From a virus: a stretch of DNA of 64,000 bases. A program made the position numbers and the translations under genes. A model generated the notes under the pieces. The model saw only the letters and a list, made by a program, of their open reading frames with translations, was not told where the DNA came from and did no database searches. The stretch spans positions 64,001 through 128,000 of the IMG/VR virus record IMGVR_UViG_3300017917_005108. One strand, given 5' to 3'. Positions 39,079-48,160 of the stretch are shown here, piece by piece; position 1 is the first letter of the stretch, and each line of letters starts with the position of its first letter.

Positions 39079-40214
39079 ATAAAAAATATAAACGTTTAGA
39101 TGACGTTTACCTCAATAATACTTTTGGTAAAGTCGTGAAGCCAGTTGTTGGCATGCCTGAAAACTATATGGCTTTTTTTAAAGAATATGCAGAAGTTTTA
39201 ATTCAAAAAGATCCGCCTAAGGGTGAAGTTAAGGACTATAAGGTATCAGATGATACTGCAAAAAAGCTTTCACAAGCTTTAGATGTAAAGGAGCCCAATC
39301 AACAGGTTATAGTATCATACTTAAATCAAAAAGGATATTCAACTAATTCTTTTAAGGGAAAAGGGTTTGATGTAATAGTAGATACAGTTTTAGAAAATAA
39401 CGAACAAGATGTAGCTTCTTTTACTAATTTTATTAAAGGGACAGAAAAACCAAAACTTTTAAACAATTTATCCGGTAATTTAAAGGATATAGGTCAAAAG
39501 TATAATTTAAGTCCTAATATAATTCAGTCCTTAGCTACCTTAAGTTTATTAGATAATACAAGCAATGCAGTAGGTCCCGGTGAAATAGCTATTGGTGTAC
39601 TTTTTGAAGACATAAAAAATAGTTCAACTACAGGTGACTTAGAGCTTAATGGTAAGAAAGTAGAAGTTAAAGGTTCAGGTGGTAGAATGGGATTGCAGCC
39701 TGGTAGATCTCCACAAACAGTAGATTCACTTATTTTTGTTGAACCTTTTTTAAAAAATAAAGAAACTATAGATAATTATAAAAACATAGTACTTAATAGT
39801 AAGTACGGTCAAAGTGTTAGAGAGAAAGCGAATGATTTAATTTATAATTTGGTAGTAAGTTATAACTTTGTAAGTGATAAAAATGCTGTATATGAACACA
39901 TTGTAAAAAAACTTGATGAGCTTTATGGCTATGGTGCAAGGCATGCAAGAGAATATATTACAAAGCCGTTATTACAGAGTGCAGATTATAATGCAATAAA
40001 AAAAGCAATGTTTAAATTGTATGCTAGAGGTTATTTAGAAAAAAATAAAATTGATGGTTATCTTATTAATGTAAATAACAATTTAGATTATATTGTAATT
40101 ACTTTAGAGCAATTACTAGAGAGTGGTACAGGTTATATAGATACAGGTAAGCTAGTTGTTAGTAATTTTAGATTTAAAAATTTATATCCAAGTATTAATA
40201 TAGGAAAAATATAA
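39075..40214 (+). CDS. Putative PD-(D/E)xK nuclease-fold protein
   Basis: 'GPGEIA...GDLELNGKKVEVKG' (D-x8-ExK). Confidence 0.5.
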   Translation: MNKKYKRLDDVYLNNTFGKVVKPVVGMPENYMAFFKEYAEVLIQKDPPKGEVKDYKVSDDTAKKLSQALDVKEPNQQVIVSYLNQKGYSTNSFKGKGFDVIVDTVLENNEQDVASFTNFIKGTEKPKLLNNLSGNLKDIGQKYNLSPNIIQSLATLSLLDNTSNAVGPGEIAIGVLFEDIKNSSTTGDLELNGKKVEVKGSGGRMGLQPGRSPQTVDSLIFVEPFLKNKETIDNYKNIVLNSKYGQSVREKANDLIYNLVVSYNFVSDKNAVYEHIVKKLDELYGYGARHAREYITKPLLQSADYNAIKKAMFKLYARGYLEKNKIDGYLINVNNNLDYIVITLEQLLESGTGYIDTGKLVVSNFRFKNLYPSINIGKI

Positions 40215-41428
40215 TGCAAACGTTTGAAGAGTTTTTAATACTTGAAGGTGGGGCTGCTGGTCATATGGCTCATCCGTTTGACTTAAATAGTGTAAAAACT
40301 GGAAATGATTTAGTAAATTTTTTTAAAAAAGCACTATTGAGTGTTAAAAAACAAAAGACAAGTGTAAAGTTTGATGGTCTTAATATTAGTTTAAAGGTTG
40401 TAGAAGCTGATGGTAAGATGCAGTTTGCACTTGACAGGGGATCAAATAAACCTGCAGATATAAAAGGTATTACTATTGATAAATTAGAAGAAAGATTTGA
40501 TAAAGGTCATGGAATGATACCGGTGGGTAAATTTGTTTTAGGTGTAATGAATAGTTCTATAGAATTAATAATGCCTGAGCTAAAGAAATTAGGTCTATTA
40601 AGATCTAATAAATTTTTAAACACTGAATACGTTACAGGGCAAACTAATGTTACTGAGTATGATAGAAATATGATAGTATTTCATGGTGTTAATGAGTTTT
40701 TTGTAGAAAAGAGCAAACTTAGGGGTACATCTAAAAGAGTATCAAAAGAGGTTTCTTACAACAAGGCTTCTTTAAATGAGATGGTACAAAAATTAAAGCC
40801 AATATTTAAACAACATGAATTTGAAGTTTTTGGCCCTACACAGGCTTCACTAACAGGTGAAGTAGATTTTAGTGGTGCATTAAATTCAACACTAGGTATA
40901 GCTTTTACAAAAAGTGATACAGAAACTAAATCTTTAAAAAATTGGTTATTTCAAGCTAAAAATCCAAAAAGTTTGTTTGTAAGAAGTGCTCAAAATAAAA
41001 AAATACCTGCTATGTCAAAAGCAAATTATTTATATGTTTTATCTGGTAAGCCTATAGATGCTTTGGTAGGTGAGAATAAGCAATATCAAAAAGCAATTGC
41101 AGATGGAGCAATAATTTATCATGCAACAAGAATGCTCGGTAATGAGTTATTGAAAGCTATGGGGTCTGATGCAGGAGAGCTTGCTAAGCATGAAGGTGTT
41201 GTTTTAAGAGATATAAGTCTTGCTTCTGTACCGGTGAAGATAACCGGTGAATTTATTGTTAAAGGAATGGCTAGTCCTTTTCAAAAATCTGAAAATGAAG
41301 AGAATATTGGAGGTTATATAGGTGCAATAAATTATGCAAACACAACTGGAGACTATATGAATATAAAAGATTATGTCACTACTCCAGATTATGGCACCCC
41401 TCCTCGTGTAGGAGGATTTACTACATGA
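40214..41428 (+). CDS. RNA/DNA-ligase-fold nucleotidyltransferase with a CTS-like N-terminus
   Basis: 'GHMAHPFD', motif I 'VKFDG', 'NTEY', motif IV 'HEGVVLR', motif V 'VKITGEF'. Confidence 0.6.
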   Translation: MQTFEEFLILEGGAAGHMAHPFDLNSVKTGNDLVNFFKKALLSVKKQKTSVKFDGLNISLKVVEADGKMQFALDRGSNKPADIKGITIDKLEERFDKGHGMIPVGKFVLGVMNSSIELIMPELKKLGLLRSNKFLNTEYVTGQTNVTEYDRNMIVFHGVNEFFVEKSKLRGTSKRVSKEVSYNKASLNEMVQKLKPIFKQHEFEVFGPTQASLTGEVDFSGALNSTLGIAFTKSDTETKSLKNWLFQAKNPKSLFVRSAQNKKIPAMSKANYLYVLSGKPIDALVGENKQYQKAIADGAIIYHATRMLGNELLKAMGSDAGELAKHEGVVLRDISLASVPVKITGEFIVKGMASPFQKSENEENIGGYIGAINYANTTGDYMNIKDYVTTPDYGTPPRVGGFTT

Positions 41429-41982
41429 CATTTAGAAAATTTTTTTTAGAGCAAGTACATAACTCAATAGTAATACTACCTGGTGGATTTAAGCCACCGC
41501 ATAAAGGTCATTTTGAAGCATTAAAGTTTTTGCTTAAAAATTCAGATGCAAAAAAAGCTATTGTATTAGTAGGTGCAGCAGAAAGAGATGGCATTAACCA
41601 GGATCAATCTATAAAAATATGGAATATATATAAAAAATATATTCCTGCTGAAGTTGAAATTGTTCCGGTTGTTGGTGTAGATAAAGCAGGAAGACCAGCT
41701 ACACCTCTTAGTATGACATATGATTTTATAGAAGATAATCAAAACAGCTATAACAAATTTTATGTTGGTGCAGGTACAGAGGATTTAGCAAGATTTAAAG
41801 GGTTAGAAAAAGATAAAAACAAATATAAAGGTGCATTTATTGTATCCATACCACCACAATTTAGTAGAATATCAGGCACTGAAACTAGAAAACTATTATC
41901 AAAAAAAGATAAAACTGCCCTTAATTTTATACCAGCAGAAGTAAAAGAAAGAGAACAGATAGCTAAAATTTTAGGATTCTAA
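41425..41982 (+). CDS. HIGH-superfamily nucleotidyltransferase (cytidylyl/NMN-adenylyl-type) with a CTS-like N-terminus
   Basis: 'PGGFKPPHKGH', 'GTED', 'ISGTETR'. Confidence 0.8.
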   Translation: MTFRKFFLEQVHNSIVILPGGFKPPHKGHFEALKFLLKNSDAKKAIVLVGAAERDGINQDQSIKIWNIYKKYIPAEVEIVPVVGVDKAGRPATPLSMTYDFIEDNQNSYNKFYVGAGTEDLARFKGLEKDKNKYKGAFIVSIPPQFSRISGTETRKLLSKKDKTALNFIPAEVKEREQIAKILGF

Positions 41983-42678
41983 CTGTTTAATTATTTCTAT
42001 AAAAAGCTTTTCTTTTGTTTCTTTTGATTCCTTAGTGAGTACTTTCTTTAAGTTATCTATTAAAGAATCACCGCCTTTAGCAATAGCGTTATATAAATCA
42101 ATTTCCGTTTCTTCCTGCAGCCCACCAGCAGTTAATAATTGATTTTTAAATTGTTCAAAATCTTTATAGCCAAAAACAGAGTTTAAATTATCATGTGCTT
42201 TAGAAATTTTATCTAATACCCAAGCTTCAACTCCATCGCCACCCCTCATTAAAGGATAAAGCATAGAAGATAGTTTAAAGATTCTAAAAATTAACTGCTT
42301 TGCCATATAAGAATCGGAATCTGTATCTTCATGATCTACGCCACAGCTACCGCCGCACTCTTCACATCCTTCATCTTCTTCTGGAGTTTCTTCTGCTTGA
42401 CCGGGTACAGCGGCCTGGGGGCCAGTTGCTGGTTGTGTTGTTGTGGTTGTACTAGTTTGAGTAGAAGGGGCTAGTATTTGCGCAGTCACCATTCTTTTCA
42501 TAGGTTCAGTTGGTGCTTTTTGAACTACTCCATCTTTAACAATCTTCTTATCTACTTTAGATCTTTTTTCGGGAGATAGACCTTCACTTGGACCATCTTG
42601 AACCATTTGGCCCATATTAAGTTCCATTATGTTTTTTGCATATGCTTCATTAAGAAGCTCAAAATCTTTCTTAAACAT
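41971..42678 (-). CDS. Hypothetical late protein (possible virion internal protein)
   Basis: TAAATA at 42693-42688; 'DFELLNEAY'; 'EAWVLDKISKA'. Confidence 0.7.
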   Translation of the reverse strand: MFKKDFELLNEAYAKNIMELNMGQMVQDGPSEGLSPEKRSKVDKKIVKDGVVQKAPTEPMKRMVTAQILAPSTQTSTTTTTQPATGPQAAVPGQAEETPEEDEGCEECGGSCGVDHEDTDSDSYMAKQLIFRIFKLSSMLYPLMRGGDGVEAWVLDKISKAHDNLNSVFGYKDFEQFKNQLLTAGGLQEETEIDLYNAIAKGGDSLIDNLKKVLTKESKETKEKLFIEIIKQLES

Positions 42679-42726
42679 ATCTATTATTATTTATTAAAAT
42701 TTGAGTTAAACTTATAAATATTATTA

Positions 42727-43023
42727 ATGAAATCTTTTGAGACATTGTTTTTAGAATCTATTAATAATGATCTTGTTAGTGAGAAATCTAGCGCTAGATG
42801 CACAAAAGTTACTCAAAAGGCTTCATCCACAAGACCAGGTAAAAAATGGATGAAATGTGTTAAGTCTGGTTCTGGATATAAAAGAATACATTGGGGTCAA
42901 GCAGGAGTAAGAGTAACAGGAAAATCAGGAAATACTAAGCGTAAAAAGTCATTTAGAGCACGTCATAAATGCAGTTCAGCAAAACCAGGTACACCAAGAT
43001 ATCAAGCTTGTAAGGATTGGTAA
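42727..43023 (+). CDS. Small basic Cys/His protein ('RKKSFRARHKC' family of T4-like phages) with a CTS-like N-terminus
   Basis: TATAAATA at 42713-42720; 'IHWGQ..KRKKSFRARHKC...RYQACKDW'. Confidence 0.75.
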   Translation: MKSFETLFLESINNDLVSEKSSARCTKVTQKASSTRPGKKWMKCVKSGSGYKRIHWGQAGVRVTGKSGNTKRKKSFRARHKCSSAKPGTPRYQACKDW

Positions 43024-43024
43024 T

Positions 43025-43156
43025 ATGAAATCGTTTAAACAATATTTTTTAGAAAAAAAAGTTGCTCCACGTGGTGTATGTTGGAAGGGTTATAAGATGG
43101 TTGGTATGAAGAAAAAAGGTAATAAAGAAGTTCCTAATTGTGTACCAAAAAAATGA
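43025..43156 (+). CDS. 43-aa protein missing from the ORF track: MKSFKQYFLEKKVAPRGVCWKGYKMVGMKKKGNKEVPNCVPKK
   Basis: Manual translation; fills the gap exactly with an ATGA overlap to the next gene; CWxGY...VPNCVP motif. Confidence 0.8.
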   Translation: MKSFKQYFLEKKVAPRGVCWKGYKMVGMKKKGNKEVPNCVPKK

Positions 43157-43551
43157 AGACATTTAAAAATTTTTTTATAGAAAAAGTAGTACTGTCTGTT
43201 AAAGAGCCTATAGAAATTATAGGGGCAGGTAAGGCTGATGCTAAGGTAGATACAGGTAATGAAGCTTTCAACGTACTTCATGGTGTAGATATAAAAGAAG
43301 AAAATGGTGAAGCAATCTTTAAAACAATTAATAATAAAGTATTAAAGAAAAAAATAATTGATAGTGTTTCTATTAATATTGGTAGTGGTAATATAGAAAA
43401 AAGACCTGTTGTTGAAGTTGAATTTATCCTACACGGTAAAAACTATAAAAGGCCTTTTAGTTTAGCAGATAGAAGTACAAATGATGAGCCTATTTTATTG
43501 GGAGAAATTTTCTTAAAAGAAATAGATGCTGTTGTTGATGTTAACATCTAG
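43153..43551 (+). CDS. Retropepsin-like aspartic protease (RimB / 'ATP-dependent Zn protease' family) with a CTS-like N-terminus
   Basis: 'AKVDTGN', 'EKRPVV', 'SLADRS....ILLG..FL'. Confidence 0.78.
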   Translation: MKTFKNFFIEKVVLSVKEPIEIIGAGKADAKVDTGNEAFNVLHGVDIKEENGEAIFKTINNKVLKKKIIDSVSINIGSGNIEKRPVVEVEFILHGKNYKRPFSLADRSTNDEPILLGEIFLKEIDAVVDVNI

Positions 43552-43861
43552 TACTTGTAAAACCTATAGATGTTAATATTTTGTTGATATTGTAAGCAGT
43601 AATTCTATCTACAACACAGACTGTTGGTGCATAAACCATATCCTGATCTATTCTCATTCCAACTTCCTCACCTAATCTTACTATATCATCAACAAAGTCC
43701 ATAGCGCCTGCTCTTTTTAAAAAACGGTAATAAGGATCTTTTGGCTCAACCTCTATAAGAACGTTAAGTTTACAGAAAGTATGCGCAATAAGTGTTAAAT
43801 CTCTAAAGCATGAAATGCTAGAAGGCGGATTTACTAGCTCTCCTCTTATTATGAGGTTACA
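43541..43861 (-). CDS. 106-codon ORF lacking a canonical start at its 5' end (CNLIIRGELVNPPSSISCFRDL...)
   Basis: Stop-free frame fills the gap; TAAATA 5 nt upstream; GTG-TAA lies in the adjacent frame. Confidence 0.55.
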   Translation of the reverse strand, partial: CNLIIRGELVNPPSSISCFRDLTLIAHTFCKLNVLIEVEPKDPYYRFLKRAGAMDFVDDIVRLGEEVGMRIDQDMVYAPTVCVVDRITAYNINKILTSIGFTSTRC

Positions 43862-43874
43862 CTAAATATTTAGG

Positions 43875-44531
43875 CTAAATTAGTTTCCGATTTTGAGCAA
43901 ATTCAATAAACTTATAAAATTCATTTCTTGAATTATCTTTATCATCTAAAAATGCACCAGACATTCTAGCAGTACGCATTGTAGAATCGTGTCTAATACC
44001 ACGATTCGAACAACAAGTATGAGCAGCTTCAATCATAACAGCAACACCCTTATTCTTTTCACATACCTCATCAATATACTTGTGAATTTGCATAGTAAGA
44101 TTTTCTTGTACTTGAGGGCGTCTAGCAAACCAGTCTACAATACGATTCAACTTACTTAACCCAATAACTTTACCATCTTTAGAAGGAATGTAGGCAACAT
44201 GTGCAAATCCCATAAATGGTGCATGGTGATGTGAGCAGAGAGAAGTGACCTTAATATTAGTCTGTGCTACAATACCGTCATACTTATCAACATTATCAAA
44301 AGCTGTAACTTTAGGTGGTTCACTATAACATCCCCAGGCAAAATCTTCAACAAATGCTTTAGCTACTCTATGAGGTGTATTAGAGCTATTAGGGTCATTT
44401 CTCCAATCGTAACCTAGAGCATCCATATAGGCTTCATAAGCCTTAGCGGCCTTTTCTACTATAAGTTTACGTTCTTCCTCAGTATGAGGGTGATTATGAT
44501 TTGCAAAAGCTAGTTTTTTCTTATTAAACAT
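43875..44531 (-). CDS. folE: GTP cyclohydrolase I
   Basis: 'TPHRVAK', 'SLCSHH', 'AYIP', 'GLSKLNRIV...ARRPQVQE', 'HTCCSNRG'. Confidence 0.92.
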   Translation of the reverse strand: MFNKKKLAFANHNHPHTEEERKLIVEKAAKAYEAYMDALGYDWRNDPNSSNTPHRVAKAFVEDFAWGCYSEPPKVTAFDNVDKYDGIVAQTNIKVTSLCSHHHAPFMGFAHVAYIPSKDGKVIGLSKLNRIVDWFARRPQVQENLTMQIHKYIDEVCEKNKGVAVMIEAAHTCCSNRGIRHDSTMRTARMSGAFLDDKDNSRNEFYKFIEFAQNRKLI

Positions 44532-44578
44532 ATATTTTTATTATAATATATAAGAGTTCAATTTCAATAAATAATTGT

Positions 44579-45013
44579 ATGGCATTTCATTCTTTATTAA
44601 GCGAGTCTTTAAAAAGAACCAGTCTTAGAAGAGTAAGAATAAAGACTGATCCTGCATTAGTAGCTAGAAATGAAGATTTTAGAAAAATTGAAGGATATGA
44701 AGGTTATATTCTCGGTGAATCAAAATTAGGATTAAAAGTTTTAGTTTTAAACCCTGAAATGACAATAAGTGATGTACCAGAAGAAGTATTAGAAATAATA
44801 TCACATCAAGGTAATATTGATATGGTTAATGAATTTAAATGTTATGCAAAAAAATGCTTAAAAGAATTAAAGCAAAAAAGTGATAATGACCCTGTCTTTG
44901 CACAAATTGATTCAGCAAATTCTATAGAAGATATTGAATCTTTTATTAAACAGGGTGGTTTAACGGAAGGCGAGCTTAATAATCTTTATAGAGGATTTTT
45001 AAATGACGAATAA
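44579..45013 (+). CDS. Hypothetical late protein
   Basis: TAAATA at 44568-44573; 'RVRIKTDP...YEGYILGE'. Confidence 0.7.
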   Translation: MAFHSLLSESLKRTSLRRVRIKTDPALVARNEDFRKIEGYEGYILGESKLGLKVLVLNPEMTISDVPEEVLEIISHQGNIDMVNEFKCYAKKCLKELKQKSDNDPVFAQIDSANSIEDIESFIKQGGLTEGELNNLYRGFLNDE

Positions 45014-45674
45014 GTTTGATAGCTACGTAAATTCTATCCTAGAGGAGGGAATTATGGGAAATATTAAAGCTGCAGCAAAAACAGCAGTAAAACTTCCGTT
45101 TAAAGCCGCAGGTGGATTAACAAAGAAAATAGTTAACCCTGCAGCCTGGTTAAGAGGTGCTGCAAATGTTGTTGGAGGTGCAAATAAACTATTATCTGTA
45201 CCAGGTAAAGCTATAGATACTGCCCATCAAATAGTTCAATCAGGAGATGTGGTATCTCCTGTAGCAAATGCTTTGCAGTCAGGCTTACAGGGTGCAGCAA
45301 ATGTAGCTTCAAAAACAGGCCAAGCTATAGCTGGTTATTACCAGAAGCAAAAAACATCTGGTGGATCTAATGCATTAAAAGGTTTGAATTTAGGACTTAA
45401 GAATGCAGTGGGAACTGCTTCAGGAGCTGCAAAAAATGCTACATCTTATGCAAATAGTGTTCTATATAATGTAGGCGCTATGGCTAGGGCAGCAATTGGG
45501 CAAAATTCACCTTTTACATTCCCTAAAGGTATTAGTGATCCAAAAAGACTTAAAGTGGGAGATACTTTTACTCAAATTAACAAAAAAACCGGTCAAGCTA
45601 CAGCTTATACAGTAGTAGATAAGTCAAGAGATGGTCAGAATATAGTAGCAGCACCGGTAGAATTTTATAAATAG
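45003..45674 (+). CDS. Ala/Gly-rich basic late protein
   Basis: Starts MTNKFDSYVNSILEEG; amphipathic low-complexity body. Confidence 0.7.
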   Translation: MTNKFDSYVNSILEEGIMGNIKAAAKTAVKLPFKAAGGLTKKIVNPAAWLRGAANVVGGANKLLSVPGKAIDTAHQIVQSGDVVSPVANALQSGLQGAANVASKTGQAIAGYYQKQKTSGGSNALKGLNLGLKNAVGTASGAAKNATSYANSVLYNVGAMARAAIGQNSPFTFPKGISDPKRLKVGDTFTQINKKTGQATAYTVVDKSRDGQNIVAAPVEFYK

Positions 45675-45678
45675 TTAT

Positions 45679-45873
45679 ATGCCTGCTAAATCTGAAAAAC
45701 AACGTAAATTCTTTGGCGCAGTAATGGGCGCTAAAAAAGGTCAAAAAGGTGTAACTGGTGCTGCTAAAAAGACAGCTAAAGAAATGCCTAAAAAAGAGAT
45801 AAAGAAATTTCTTAAGAAAGAGTCTTTCGATGATGCAGTCAATAGAGTCTTAAAAGAAATCTCTGGCTTATAA
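45679..45873 (+). CDS. Small basic protein (DUF3008-like 'PAKSxxQ')
   Basis: 'MPAKSEKQRKFFGAV'; TATAAATA 5 nt upstream. Confidence 0.7.
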   Translation: MPAKSEKQRKFFGAVMGAKKGQKGVTGAAKKTAKEMPKKEIKKFLKKESFDDAVNRVLKEISGL

Positions 45874-45945
45874 AAAAATATCAGTTGATTTTTAAAAATT
45901 TTTGGTTATAATATTATAGGTAATAGAAAAGAAAACCTATAGAAC

Positions 45946-46509
45946 ATGGCATTTCATGGTGATACAAGACTAGCAGAGTTAATGTCAAACTTCATAAGAA
46001 GTAATAATGTAGAGTTAATAATAGAAACAGGTACAAGCGTAGGCTATACAACAGAATTCTTCGCAAGACATAATATACCGGTAATAGGTACTGAAATAGG
46101 AAGAGAAGTATTTGATGAAGCAGTAGAAAGATTAAAACAGTACAATAATGTTAAATTGTTATTTGGCGATTCAACTGATAGCTTAAAAGATATACTACCG
46201 CAATATAGAAACAAGAGAGTATTCTTTTTTCTAGATTCTCATTTTGGTGATGACTTATCATTAAATAGAGAATTAGATTTAATTGATGATTCTGGAATTA
46301 TTCCATACATTACAATACATGATTTTAAGGTACCTAATACAACTTTAGGTTACGATAAATGGGATAAAATGGAGTATGATTTTGAAACATTTAAACCGTA
46401 TTTTGACAAGGTATATAAAAAGTTTAAAGGCTATAGATATACATATAATGATGATTCAGCAGTAGGTGCTAGAAGAGGATGTATTTTCTTAAGACCTCTT
46501 GAAAATTAA
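45946..46509 (+). CDS. Class I SAM-dependent methyltransferase-like protein
   Basis: 'IETGTSVG', 'GTEI', 'GDS', 'FFLDSH', 'IHD'. Confidence 0.7.
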   Translation: MAFHGDTRLAELMSNFIRSNNVELIIETGTSVGYTTEFFARHNIPVIGTEIGREVFDEAVERLKQYNNVKLLFGDSTDSLKDILPQYRNKRVFFFLDSHFGDDLSLNRELDLIDDSGIIPYITIHDFKVPNTTLGYDKWDKMEYDFETFKPYFDKVYKKFKGYRYTYNDDSAVGARRGCIFLRPLEN

Positions 46510-46532
46510 AATATGGAGGTTACAATACAACT

Positions 46533-47219
46533 ATGAGTTATCAAAGTACAAAAGTTTTAGAATTAGGTAGCTGTGCGTTTAGACAATGGAGAGCTGATCA
46601 TAGTCATTGTCATTTTATTCATGGTTATAGATTAATTGCAAAGTTTTGGTTTGGTTGTTCTGAGCTTGACAATAAAAACTGGGTTGTAGATTTTGGCGGT
46701 CTTAAAGAATTAAAAAGGGAACTAGAAAAACAATTTGATCATACATTTTGTGTTGCTGCAGATGATCCTCTTCTAGAAAAATTTAAAGATCTACATAATG
46801 CTGGTGCTTGTGATTTGCGTATTATGGAGAAAGGTGTTGGTATAGAAAGAACTGCAGAATGGTGCTTTAATAAAGCAAGTGAAGTTGTTTCTAGGCTAAC
46901 AAATAATCGTTGTTGGGTAGAAAAAGTTGAAGTATGGGAGCATGAAAAAAACTCTGCAATTTATACATACACTCAGAAAAGTTCACCTTTTTGGAATGAT
47001 GTAGTAAATGTAAAGACAGAAACAACACCAGAAAGTAAGTTTAATGCAAAGCAATTTGAGTTTAATTTTAATCAACCGGTTGCAACTTCTGTAGCTGCAC
47101 CTGCCCCAGAAGTTACAGAAGCAGTAAATAAAGCTGAACAGAAAATACCTGCTAGAGTTGGCGGCAATGTTACACCAGGTTTTAGTAATCTATTTGGTGG
47201 GACATCTTGGGGTAAATGA
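46533..47219 (+). CDS. queD: 6-carboxytetrahydropterin synthase with a C-terminal extension
   Basis: 'FRQWRA.SHCHFIHGY', 'WVVDFGGLK', 'FDHT', 'VWEHEKNSA'. Confidence 0.88.
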   Translation: MSYQSTKVLELGSCAFRQWRADHSHCHFIHGYRLIAKFWFGCSELDNKNWVVDFGGLKELKRELEKQFDHTFCVAADDPLLEKFKDLHNAGACDLRIMEKGVGIERTAEWCFNKASEVVSRLTNNRCWVEKVEVWEHEKNSAIYTYTQKSSPFWNDVVNVKTETTPESKFNAKQFEFNFNQPVATSVAAPAPEVTEAVNKAEQKIPARVGGNVTPGFSNLFGGTSWGK

Positions 47220-47416
47220 TAGATAAAAACAAGCTATCACCTGAAGTAAGGCAACAGCTTTACGGTGGTGAAATATCTGATTATTATAGAGAAATTAAAC
47301 CTACAAACATTAGTGATAATAAAGCATTAGGTGACATCTATGATAGAATTAAGTCGAAAAATAACTTAAGACTTAGACTTAATTCCAGCGATAACCTTAA
47401 CAATAAACTTCAGTAA
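47216..47416 (+). CDS. Hypothetical protein
   Basis: ATGA-coupled to queD. Confidence 0.5.
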   Translation: MIDKNKLSPEVRQQLYGGEISDYYREIKPTNISDNKALGDIYDRIKSKNNLRLRLNSSDNLNNKLQ

Positions 47417-48109
47417 TTTACTTCTTGTAATATCATCTTCAGTGAAATGAAATGTATTAATACCGTGTTCAACACTATCTTTAGAATCAAAAGCATTCAT
47501 AATTTTTCCAAAACCTGACCTATCAAAAATATCTGATTGTCTTGTATCACCTATAATAAACAATTTACAATTTTTTCCAAACCTTGTTAAAATTGTTACC
47601 AATTCACTATGTTCTAAATTTTGTGCTTCATCTACAATTACAACACTATTTGTAAATGTACTTCCTCTTAAAAAATTAACAGGTATACATTTTAAATAAT
47701 CACTATCAAACAACATATTGGTAACTTGTTTACCTACTAATTCGTCGCATTTTTCAATTAAAGGTATACTCCATGGTTTAAATTTCTCATCTACTTCTCC
47801 AGGCAAGCTACCCAGTTTCTTATGTGCAGATTCTACAATACTTCTAATATAAACAACTTCATCAATTTTTTTATCTTTTAGCATAGATAACGCGACATAT
47901 GTAGCTAGATAGGTTTTAGATGTTCCTGCTGGACCGTCACAAAACATTATTAAAGAAGAGTCATCCATTGCCTTTTCAACAAAGGTTTTATGATGATCGT
48001 TAAGATGAAATTTCTGATCTATTTTAAAATTTAAAAGAATATCAGATCTTATTATCTTATTTTCATCATGCCGGGCAGCTTTCTTAAGCTGTCTCTCCTT
48101 CTTTGACAT
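47366..48109 (-). CDS. phoH: PhoH-family ATPase
   Basis: 'GPAGTSKT', 'LGSLPG', 'FLRGSTF', 'VDEAQN', 'LTRFG', 'GD..QSD'. Confidence 0.92.
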   Translation of the reverse strand: MSKKERQLKKAARHDENKIIRSDILLNFKIDQKFHLNDHHKTFVEKAMDDSSLIMFCDGPAGTSKTYLATYVALSMLKDKKIDEVVYIRSIVESAHKKLGSLPGEVDEKFKPWSIPLIEKCDELVGKQVTNMLFDSDYLKCIPVNFLRGSTFTNSVVIVDEAQNLEHSELVTILTRFGKNCKLFIIGDTRQSDIFDRSGFGKIMNAFDSKDSVEHGINTFHFTEDDITRSKLLKFIVKVIAGIKSKS

Positions 48110-48160
48110 CTGTAATTATTTATTCTGGAAAAGCTTAAATTACAATATATAATAACGAAA

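Noticed and set aside
43857-43877. Read-through of the folE TAG into the start-less downstream ORF
   Set aside because: The folE frame hits TAA six codons later, and the downstream ORF is in a different frame.
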